A stretch of DNA of 39,972 nt from a virus (Duplodnaviria; Caudoviricetes): the IMG/VR virus record IMGVR_UViG_3300033402_000778, positions 1-39,972 of that record; one strand, written 5' to 3'. Below, piece by piece: positions 7,086 through 14,881 of this stretch. Every line of letters begins with the position of its first letter. The stretch's first letter is position 1. The translations under genes were made by a program, and so were the position numbers. Under the pieces are notes generated by a model, which saw only the letters and a list, made by a program, of their open reading frames with translations, was not told the DNA's origin and searched no databases.

Positions 7086-7340
7086 TTACTTCACTGTCTG
7101 CGCATGGTTGAGGTGGCAAGCGGTTTCGATGGCCGTCAAGCGTTCGCCGTGGGCGTTGATCTCGGTCCACATCTGCGAGCGGCTTGTCTTCAGTTCGGTG
7201 ACGTTGCTTTCCGTTGCCAGGGTCCGCGCTTCGATAGACCCTTTGAAGATTCCCCAGTAGAGCGCCTGTCCGATGAGGCCGGACAAGATGCCGACGACGC
7301 CGGTTAGGGCCACGATCCATGCGGTTGTTTCAGCGTTCAC
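7086..7340 (-). CDS. TM + coiled-coil protein (holin/antiholin-like, 84 aa)
   Basis: N-terminal TM then a heptad region ending HGERLTAIE; immediately upstream of the endolysin. Confidence 0.65.
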   Translation of the reverse strand: MNAETTAWIVALTGVVGILSGLIGQALYWGIFKGSIEARTLATESNVTELKTSRSQMWTEINAHGERLTAIETACHLNHAQTVK

Positions 7341-7424
7341 GCCTTACGCTCCTGAGGCCTTTGCCTTCATTCTCGGTCAGAAATTGGTGGTTTTTCGGCC
7401 CCCAAAGGCCGCGAAATGGCTAAA

Positions 7425-7724
7425 TTACGCCAAAACTCCAGCGGGCAGCTTTGCGTCGGCGATGAGCTTGGCGAAGACAGCCTTCGAGATGTCGTCGCCG
7501 ATGATCTTCCACAGATCCAGCACCGAGGCGTCACGGTAGATGACGGTCTCTTGCGCGCCGCTTGCCGGGTCGGTGAGAGTGAGCGTGAGCGTGCCGGTCC
7601 CGAGCGGCGCAAGGTCCGGAGTCGTCGCGATGTTGATATTGGTCAGTTGCAGCGATGAGATGCTGACCTGGTTGGCGAGTGTGCCGAAGGTCAAGGGCGT
7701 GGAGAGCGTGAAGGTGACAGCCAT
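7425..7724 (-). CDS. Hypothetical protein (99 aa), possible tail fibre accessory
   Basis: SD AAGGAG; follows the tail fibre. Confidence 0.7.
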   Translation of the reverse strand: MAVTFTLSTPLTFGTLANQVSISSLQLTNINIATTPDLAPLGTGTLTLTLTDPASGAQETVIYRDASVLDLWKIIGDDISKAVFAKLIADAKLPAGVLA

Positions 7725-7733
7725 GGTTGCTCC

Positions 7734-9644
7734 TTAGAAAATGCGCTGGCAGATGATGGATGAGCCTGGGTAGAACTGGAAGGTCGCAGTCGAGAGTGAA
7801 GGTTGCATGTAGAACTGGATCGTGTGCGCGCCCGCTGAAAGGCCGGTCAGGATCATCACGAAGAAGTTCGAGACAGTCCCGCCAAGGTTGGGGTAGGTGA
7901 TGAGCGCCTCTTGGTTGTAGACACCATCCACGTAGATGCAGACGTAACAGTCGGTGCCCACCGTTCCCGCCGTCTGAGCGCCCGACATGCTGCCAAAGAA
8001 GTTGTAGACATCGGCGGTCGATGAGGTGTTCAGACTGAAAGCCAGGCCGGGGATAAGGACGTGCGTCACGCCTGTTGCTGTGGCCGTCGAGCTTTCGTTC
8101 GCAATCGAGGTCAGAACGTGCGCGCTGGTGACGTTCGCGCCGGCCTCTTTCGGTTCGAGCGTGTTGAGGCAGAAACCGTCGGTGAAGTAGATGACGCCAG
8201 CGGTCAGGACGCCCGCCGTAATCATGTTGCCGGTGATGGCGCCAGCGCTGATCTTTGACGACGTGATCGAACCATCGACGATCAGCGACCCGGACGTCAT
8301 CTCCTCGAACCGGACATTGCAGACATCCACGTATCCCGCCGACCCGGAGTAGTTAAGCAGGAAGTCTAAGCGAACAAACTTCACTCCACTCTGCCAGTCA
8401 CTTGGCCCCCAGGTGTTGCTATATTCAGTCCACCCACTCAGCCCAGACAGCGACAGCGCAGACGGCTTGTAGGGGGCTCGGCCTCCATTCGTCGCGCAGG
8501 TGGAGCCGGAGTTGCTTAGGTACTGCTGCAAGTCGGCGTAGAGAAGGCCATTCGCGCTTGATGGCCTTGCCCAGAAGCGCACAATGTAGGTCTTGGTTAT
8601 ATCGATCGGATAGTAGTTCGCATCTTTCAAGATCGTCGGAGCCCCACTGGCGCTTCGTATCACCGTCGAACCGACCGGAGCATCCCCAGGCGTCTGGAAA
8701 GTGATGCTTCCGCTCTCCGCGAACCACACCGTTTGGTCTTGGATTTGTGGATCGACATTGATGCAAGCGCTGTATCCGCCAACGATGGCTAGCCTGTTGG
8801 CGGTCACGGCCCCAGCGGCGATGTTCGCCGCAGTCACCGCCGATGCTGCGAGAATCGACGTGGTCACCGCCCCAGCAGCAAGGGTTCCTGTCGTGACCGA
8901 TCCGGCCGCAAGCTGTCCAGTGGTGACCTGCCCGAAGATGCCCGATGCGGCGTACTGCACTTGCACCCACGCCGTCCCAGCCGTGTTGACTTGGTAGGTG
9001 AGTTTGTCGGTAGTCAGGGCGAAATAGCCGGCGGGATAGCTGCTCGACGGGAGCGATGGGAGAGCGGTCGAGGCCCAGCTTACCTGGTGCGGCTGGCTGG
9101 CCAGCGTTGCGGCGGCTTGCGCGTTGGCTGCCTGGGTTGCAGCGTAGCTTTCGGCAGCGCTCTCGGCTGTACTGATGGCGCTGTTCATCTTGCTCGTGGC
9201 ATCAGCCGCCGCCGCACTGATGGACGCTGCTTGCGCCGCCGCTGCCTGAGCCGCTGAGATGGCCGATTGAAGCGCCGTACGCTGTGTGGCAATGGCTGAC
9301 CAGTCAGCCGATAGCAAGGTCTGGACGCCCATCCAAGGCCCGCTCATCGTGCCGTCCGGCCAGATCGTTGCCCAGTTCGCCGGCGCGCCGCTAAAGCCGG
9401 TAATTGTCGTGTTGATCGCAGCAACCGCGTTGTTGTACGCCGTCGCCGAACAGCCCCAGGTCGTCGCCAGCGAATCGAGCGAGGTCTTCATTGCGAGTTC
9501 TCCCGCGTACTGCTGCATGAGCGCGGCCTTGTAGGCGTTCGTGAGGTAGTTGGCGTTCGCCGGGCTGCTGCCTGGGTCAATGGGCGTTGTCGTCGGTATG
9601 AGGCTGATGGATGAGCCGGTTTCAGTCCAAGAGGAATCAGGCAT
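7734..9644 (-). CDS. Tail fibre / receptor-binding protein (636 aa)
   Basis: Ala-rich coiled coil, 10-aa AG(S/A)(V/I)T repeats, a central CBM-like domain (PIDITKTYIVRFWAR...WTEY) and a C-terminal beta domain; follows the J-like gene. Confidence 0.8.
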   Translation of the reverse strand: MPDSSWTETGSSISLIPTTTPIDPGSSPANANYLTNAYKAALMQQYAGELAMKTSLDSLATTWGCSATAYNNAVAAINTTITGFSGAPANWATIWPDGTMSGPWMGVQTLLSADWSAIATQRTALQSAISAAQAAAAQAASISAAAADATSKMNSAISTAESAAESYAATQAANAQAAATLASQPHQVSWASTALPSLPSSSYPAGYFALTTDKLTYQVNTAGTAWVQVQYAASGIFGQVTTGQLAAGSVTTGTLAAGAVTTSILAASAVTAANIAAGAVTANRLAIVGGYSACINVDPQIQDQTVWFAESGSITFQTPGDAPVGSTVIRSASGAPTILKDANYYPIDITKTYIVRFWARPSSANGLLYADLQQYLSNSGSTCATNGGRAPYKPSALSLSGLSGWTEYSNTWGPSDWQSGVKFVRLDFLLNYSGSAGYVDVCNVRFEEMTSGSLIVDGSITSSKISAGAITGNMITAGVLTAGVIYFTDGFCLNTLEPKEAGANVTSAHVLTSIANESSTATATGVTHVLIPGLAFSLNTSSTADVYNFFGSMSGAQTAGTVGTDCYVCIYVDGVYNQEALITYPNLGGTVSNFFVMILTGLSAGAHTIQFYMQPSLSTATFQFYPGSSIICQRIF

Positions 9645-12000
9645 AGATGGCCCTCACTGCCGCGTTGACGGTGCCCATGGTGACGGTTGGCGTCACGGGG
9701 ATGGTGACCGAGAGAGTCGTCGGCCCCACCGTGACGATGTCGAAGAGGTAGTTTGCCGCTACCGTCGGGTCACTGCCCGTGAAGGCCACAACCTGAAAGC
9801 CGCCGCTCGGAGTTGGGAAGTTGCCCGGCCAGGTCCAGGTGATGGTGAGCCACACCTTGGCGGTCGTAGTTGCGCCGCCGCTGGCGGTGACCGTGATTCC
9901 ATCGCTTGCCGATGCGCTTGCACCAGACCCGCTCCCGTTGGTTGCGCTCTGGGTCACCGTGACAACCGGTGGGGCCGGGAACATGGTGCCGACGGGCGTG
10001 TAGCTGTAGGCTGTGCAGGCGCTGAGGCTCTGCAAACCAGAACCCATGGCGTTGAAGCTCTGTAGCTTGACGTAGATCGTCTGGCCGATCAGCGCGGATT
10101 CGTAGGGCAGCTTGAAAATCGCATCGTCCAAGAACATGAAGCTGTTGCCGGAAGTGTGCGCGGCGATGGTCGAGCCGTAGCCGCCGCGCCGCAAGCTGCT
10201 GAGGTTGTAGGCGTTCGCGCCGGTCAGCGTGGCTGTGAGATAGGAGACGATCTCCGAGCCAATCAGGCAAGCCGTCGCGAAGGAATCGCGCCCGTTGGCG
10301 CTGGTGCTGTTCAGCGTCCCGAGGCTGGTGGCCAGGCTCACGGCCAGCGTGTCCGTTGTGTCAGGGTCAGCAGCCAGGGGCAGCGTTGCCGTGAGGGCAC
10401 CGATGCGCGCCGATGCGTTGATGGTTCCAACCGGCGCCACGCCGTAGCTGTTGCCACCGTCGAGGCTCACCCAGACATTGCAGCCGCCCCAGAGCGTAGG
10501 GGTTCCGCATGCCCCTATCCAGATTTCCGGACCGCCTGATTCAGTCATGAGCGTAGGCGGCTCGAAGACGACAGCGCCCGAGACCGTCGGGGCCGGGCTT
10601 GTGGCTGGGGAGTTGCCGCCATTGTTCTGAGTCGTGTAGAGCGCAGACGTGCCGATGCCTAATGGCCACTCCTCAGCCGTGATGGTCAAGCCTTCCTCTT
10701 CGCTCGCCTCGTCTGGCATGTCAACCGAAACAATGCGGACGATCTTCCGATAGAGGCCGGTGATGGTGTCCGTCAGGGTCAGCAGGTCCATCGGCTCAAG
10801 CAATATCTTGTTCCACCCCACTTTGAAGGTGTAGGTGTTGCGAACAAACACGTTCCGCTGTGCCTTGATGGCGCTGATTTGCTTCGCGTGAGCGGCCCGC
10901 GTGATGAGGTGGAGCGTGAGCGGCGAATCCTGTTTCAGGCCGTTCAGGGACACGTCTGAAGGCTCCGGAGTGTCAACGATGCTCACGTTGTAGCTGTTTG
11001 TGCGGTCCCAGAACTCAACCGGCACGTCGTTCTTGATGTCCTGAGTGCTTGAGCGGCTGGGAATGATCGGGTCTGTGCCGGTGGGCTGGCCATCGTTGCC
11101 GACGGCCCCAAGGAAATCGTCATAGGTGAGGTCGTAGAGCGGCGTGGTGTTCGGCGTGTAGGTGACACCGTTGGCCGTGATGGGCGTGTCGCCGTAAGGA
11201 ACGACGTTCAGCACCATGCCGGTTCCGCCGCCCGAGAGTTGCTGGCAGGTCCAGACCAGTTCGCTGTTTGTCGCGTCGAGGATCTGCTGAATGCAGGTTG
11301 CCGCATCGCTCTGGTCGGTCCAAGCCGGGCTGATGGCAAAGCCACAAGCGGTGCAGTAGGTTTGGAAGCTGGCCGCGCCGGTGACGAGATTGGCAATGCG
11401 AGAGGCGGCGAACCCGGCCCCGTAGTAGGGATTCGAGAGCGCGTCAACGATGACAGCCGACGGCTTGGCGTCATAGGCGCTCGGCCAGTTCGGATCCTGC
11501 TCGGTGCCGAGAAGCGCCTGAACCTCAAAGTTCCAGTTGGGTACCGTTCCGCCCGAACCGAGAGCGGCTTGAAGTACGCCGATATAAGCCGTTCCGCTGT
11601 AGCCGAGAGCGCGGCTGGGCCACTTGCTCTGCCACGGCCCCCAGGGCGCTTGCGGACGCGCGCCGGTCATCAGCGAGAGGCCGTAATAGCTGAGGGTGTA
11701 GCAGTCCTTGTCGCGCCAGACGCGCTGGACGCCAACGATGCCGGTTGAGCCGCCCTCGCAGAGAGCGAGGATCAAGTCTGACCAGTAGTTGTAGCCGGTT
11801 ACGCCCCCGCCGCCGCCCTTGCCGCCCGAACTGGTGGCCTGGGACGTGAAGCCGGCATAGTCGATCATGTTCGAGGCAAGCAGTGTGCAGCCGTAGGCGA
11901 GGGCCTTGGGCTTGCCGTACATCGATGTCGAGACCTGGACGGACGCCAGCTTGACCGGGGTTTGCGCGTTCGAGCCGCCGCCGCCGAATAGACCGCCCAT
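9637..12000 (-). CDS. Tail tip / host-specificity protein (J-like, GTA-type phage tail)
   Basis: MGGLFGGG...YGKPKALAYG, LALCEG, YSGTAY, PNWNFEV, LEPMD, LRRGGYGS...H and YVKLQSFN motifs. Confidence 0.9.
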   Translation of the reverse strand: MGGLFGGGGSNAQTPVKLASVQVSTSMYGKPKALAYGCTLLASNMIDYAGFTSQATSSGGKGGGGGVTGYNYWSDLILALCEGGSTGIVGVQRVWRDKDCYTLSYYGLSLMTGARPQAPWGPWQSKWPSRALGYSGTAYIGVLQAALGSGGTVPNWNFEVQALLGTEQDPNWPSAYDAKPSAVIVDALSNPYYGAGFAASRIANLVTGAASFQTYCTACGFAISPAWTDQSDAATCIQQILDATNSELVWTCQQLSGGGTGMVLNVVPYGDTPITANGVTYTPNTTPLYDLTYDDFLGAVGNDGQPTGTDPIIPSRSSTQDIKNDVPVEFWDRTNSYNVSIVDTPEPSDVSLNGLKQDSPLTLHLITRAAHAKQISAIKAQRNVFVRNTYTFKVGWNKILLEPMDLLTLTDTITGLYRKIVRIVSVDMPDEASEEEGLTITAEEWPLGIGTSALYTTQNNGGNSPATSPAPTVSGAVVFEPPTLMTESGGPEIWIGACGTPTLWGGCNVWVSLDGGNSYGVAPVGTINASARIGALTATLPLAADPDTTDTLAVSLATSLGTLNSTSANGRDSFATACLIGSEIVSYLTATLTGANAYNLSSLRRGGYGSTIAAHTSGNSFMFLDDAIFKLPYESALIGQTIYVKLQSFNAMGSGLQSLSACTAYSYTPVGTMFPAPPVVTVTQSATNGSGSGASASASDGITVTASGGATTTAKVWLTITWTWPGNFPTPSGGFQVVAFTGSDPTVAANYLFDIVTVGPTTLSVTIPVTPTVTMGTVNAAVRAIYA

Positions 12001-12456
12001 CTAGCTCCTCACCTTCGCCCAAGGCGACCAGATGCCGACGAACCGCTCGGCAAGGTCCTTGTTGGCTACCGCGTCATCGAGGATCACCATTCCGGCTGGC
12101 TGGTAGCTGTGCAGGATCACTGGCCACTCGATCACGATTGCGCCGTGCGCCGGGTTGCGACCGAACTGGTACATGGCAATGTCGCCGGGTTGGGGAGGGC
12201 CGTCGATCTTGGCCGCGAACCGTTCGACGATTTCGAGATAGACCGGCTCGTCGCGGTGCAGAAACCAGTCGTGGACGTACTCGCCGGGGTCAACGTGGGG
12301 CAGGACGCCCGCGGCCTCATAGACAGCCGCAAGGATCATGCCGCAATCGACCCCAGCGCCCTTGACGCGGGCGTGGTGTGCGTAGGGAGTCCGAACCCAC
12401 GACAGCGCCTCGGTGACAACATCCTCGCGTTGCAGCATCACTTCGAGCGCGGTCAT
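12001..12456 (-). CDS. NlpC/P60 tail-associated peptidase (151 aa)
   Basis: EALSWVRTPYAH...GVDCGM...PGD...HGAI...HSY; ATGA overlap. Confidence 0.9.
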   Translation of the reverse strand: MTALEVMLQREDVVTEALSWVRTPYAHHARVKGAGVDCGMILAAVYEAAGVLPHVDPGEYVHDWFLHRDEPVYLEIVERFAAKIDGPPQPGDIAMYQFGRNPAHGAIVIEWPVILHSYQPAGMVILDDAVANKDLAERFVGIWSPWAKVRS

Positions 12457-13322
12457 AGGCTGGTGCTCGTCGGGGGCACATAAGGGAAGCCCTGGTAGTT
12501 GTTCGAGTTCGAGTAACCAGCGCAAGCCGTCTTTGTGCGGGCGCAACCGGGGTAGATGGTGAAGGTGTCACCCGTTGCCGGGGTCTGAGGGAGTGGCACG
12601 GTCAGGACGGCCGTCCCGCTGGTGTAGCTGCTCACCGTGCGCCGCGAACCGGATGCAGCCCCGGAAGTCATCACCAGCACACCGAGAGCGTAGTAGCCGT
12701 TCGCCTTACCGACGATGCCCGTCGCGATGGCCGTTGACGTTGGGGTTCCTTGCGCGCTGCCGGCCGTCGTGAGGCTCGGCAAGCTGATGCCGCAACCAGA
12801 GTCACCAAAGCAGTTCGCGCAGCCAGGCTGGAAGAGAATCCGGGGCATCTGGTACTGCAAAAGCTCGAGGTCTGACTTGACGTGCAAGACAACCTGAGTC
12901 GAGGACGGGTCCACGCCCGCACAGTTGCCCTCGAACAGAACCACCGAACCCATGGACGTGTCGCCAGCGTAGGCAGAGAAGACACGCTCCACCCGCACCC
13001 GCGCCGCGTCGAAAGCGCCGTTGTGGGCTGCCAGGCTGATGTTCGTGCCCATGAGTTGAGCCGAGCCGCCGGCCATCAGCGTCAGGTCGAGAGTGTCGAC
13101 TTCAGTCCCGCGGGCGTTCCGGATGGCTCCGCGCTTGACGAGAGGCTGGCCGCCCTGATCGATCGATGAGGTAAACAGGAGGCTGTTCAGGGTTAGCGGA
13201 ATGTCGCCGTTCGTCCAGCGGTAGATGCCGCCCGATTGGAGCGTGATGGTGTAGCAGTCGGCCATCGTGAACTGTGCGTTCGAGTTCAGATAGGCAATCA
13301 GGGCTGGGGTGGCGTATTTCAT
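12453..13322 (-). CDS. DUF2163 / BR0599 baseplate hub protein
   Basis: C-terminal GDTFTIYPGCARTKTAC...NYQGFPYVP and CANCFGDSGC. Confidence 0.9.
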   Translation of the reverse strand: MKYATPALIAYLNSNAQFTMADCYTITLQSGGIYRWTNGDIPLTLNSLLFTSSIDQGGQPLVKRGAIRNARGTEVDTLDLTLMAGGSAQLMGTNISLAAHNGAFDAARVRVERVFSAYAGDTSMGSVVLFEGNCAGVDPSSTQVVLHVKSDLELLQYQMPRILFQPGCANCFGDSGCGISLPSLTTAGSAQGTPTSTAIATGIVGKANGYYALGVLVMTSGAASGSRRTVSSYTSGTAVLTVPLPQTPATGDTFTIYPGCARTKTACAGYSNSNNYQGFPYVPPTSTSL

Positions 13323-13918
13323 TTGAGGGTGATCACCTTGACCGTTCCGCCGTCCCAGGCCAGTTGCATGAAGCGCTTGAAGGTCATGGTGTCGTCGTCA
13401 AACCGGCAGATGCGGGCGAACTGGCCGGTCCAGGTGATCGGCAGACCGTTGGCCGGGGCCGTCGTGAAGGTCACCACGCCGGTTGTGGCGTTGTAGCTCA
13501 CCCCGGAAGTCTGAAGGACACCGTTGACGTAGATCGCCGCGGACTGGATGATTCCCGCCGAATAGCCCTCGTTGTCGACCAGTTGGAAGACGGTCTGCGC
13601 GCCGGTACCTGTGCCGAACGGGCAGGCTGTCGGGCTTCCGTTTACCGGGTCGATGAAGTAGAAGGAGTCCCACTTGCCCCGCATGGTGTTGAAGAAACTG
13701 GCAAGCTGGAGGAGTTCGTCAGAGAGCGTCTTGGCGCTGAAACCGGACTGACGGACGAAGTTCAGCGTCCACTCGTAGGACCAGCGTGGCCGGGTCCAGA
13801 AGGTTGCGCGCTGCTCGGTGCCGCTGGCGCCGGTCTGGATCAGCGTCGAGAACATCGACACGCGGTCAACCTCGATGTCCAAGCCCTTGAGTCCGGATGG
13901 GAAAAGCAAAGTGCTCAT
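13319..13918 (-). CDS. DUF2460 (TIGR02217) distal tail protein
   Basis: ASGTEQR, FFNTMRGKWDSFYFIDP, GTGTGAQTVFQL, VTFTTAP...ITWTG.F...CRFDDD. Confidence 0.9.
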   Translation of the reverse strand: MSTLLFPSGLKGLDIEVDRVSMFSTLIQTGASGTEQRATFWTRPRWSYEWTLNFVRQSGFSAKTLSDELLQLASFFNTMRGKWDSFYFIDPVNGSPTACPFGTGTGAQTVFQLVDNEGYSAGIIQSAAIYVNGVLQTSGVSYNATTGVVTFTTAPANGLPITWTGQFARICRFDDDTMTFKRFMQLAWDGGTVKVITLK

Positions 13919-13951
13919 GTCGATGCCCTCTGTGTCGTTTTAGCCGCTAAG

Positions 13952-14012
13952 TGTGGCCGTTCAGACACAGTTTAAGGCGAAATCAGGGCAAGAAACCGCC
14001 TCGGGGAGCGGC
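13952..14012 (-). promoter_or_regulatory. Terminator-promoter-operator cassette upstream of the tail-tip genes
   Basis: Minus strand: hairpin CCGC..GCGG-TTTC, then TTGCCCT, then TAAACT overlapping the palindrome TGTGTC-N6-GCCACA (13952-13969). Confidence 0.6.
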
Positions 14013-14038
14013 GAAAGGCTGGAATGTGGGGATGCTGG

Positions 14039-14428
14039 TCAGTTGGGTTTGCGGTCGGGGTCCGGGGCCGGGGTTATGATCGTGGTCACCGTTTTCCCTT
14101 CGGATGGCTTCGGAGGATCAAACTTCGCGTCCATCTCCTGAACCTTTTTATCCATGCGTGTGTCTGGAATCGGGATCGCGGCCAACGTGCGCTTCTGTTC
14201 GGCAAGCTCCTCTTTGTCGCTTTCCCATCGATGTATCAGTTCGGTGATTGCATCGCCCGCAGATTTTCCTTCTGACTCCGGAGCCTGTTCGCGCCTCATT
14301 GCTTCCTTAACGGCAGCGCGGGAGACGCGGACATCGAACAACTCGCGTTCAAGTTGTTTTTCGCGCTTTTCGAGCGAAAGGTCAACACCGAAAAGTTGGC
14401 TGAGGATGGACACCTTGCGAGGCGTCAT
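14039..14428 (-). CDS. Moron: hypothetical coiled-coil protein (129 aa)
   Basis: Charged helical ORF inserted between the tape measure and DUF2460 genes. Confidence 0.65.
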   Translation of the reverse strand: MTPRKVSILSQLFGVDLSLEKREKQLERELFDVRVSRAAVKEAMRREQAPESEGKSAGDAITELIHRWESDKEELAEQKRTLAAIPIPDTRMDKKVQEMDAKFDPPKPSEGKTVTTIITPAPDPDRKPN

Positions 14429-14430
14429 GG

Positions 14431-14787
14431 TCAGTTCTTCGCCTGTTTGTGGGTTGCGCGTCTCGTCTCAGCGTCCTCAATCGACCGGCGAAAACCTGGT
14501 TGAATCTTCTCCATTTCGTCGATTAACCTCTCCTGCTCGGCGGAGCCCGCGGGAGCGGCCTGGATAAGCCGCGAGAGCCGCAGGAACTCATCCGTGTTCG
14601 CTAGTACCCGCTTCGTTTCCTGAGAGCGCCTGTCCGCCTCTCGAATGGGCGCATTGATCCAATAGTTCACGCCAAAGCCGATGGCGACAAGTACCGCGAG
14701 GACTACAAGAATGAGGATGCCCACGGATTTGCTCTGGCTGCCGGCTAGAGCGGAAGCCTGTTCGGGCGGCTGAATCTCTGCTTTCAT
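14431..14787 (-). CDS. Moron: single-pass membrane protein (~118 aa)
   Basis: TM VGILILVVLAVLVAIGFGVNYW. TATCAT lies 7 nt before ATG 14787 (leaderless-type); the start is uncertain. Confidence 0.7.
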   Translation of the reverse strand: MKAEIQPPEQASALAGSQSKSVGILILVVLAVLVAIGFGVNYWINAPIREADRRSQETKRVLANTDEFLRLSRLIQAAPAGSAEQERLIDEMEKIQPGFRRSIEDAETRRATHKQAKN

Positions 14788-14881
14788 GACACCCATGATA
14801 GCGCGGCTGCTTTCGCGGCGTTTTGAACCCATACAACAAGCCGGAAATATTCTTTCATGTTTGCACTGGAAACAGGGCAAT

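Noticed and set aside
7734-9644. Diversity-generating retroelement or invertible tail-fibre cassette
   Set aside because: No reverse transcriptase, invertase or TR/VR-like duplicated segment was seen in the window.
12001-13918. Gene transfer agent
   Set aside because: The GTA-type tail tip genes sit within a full prophage that has its own integrase and replication genes.
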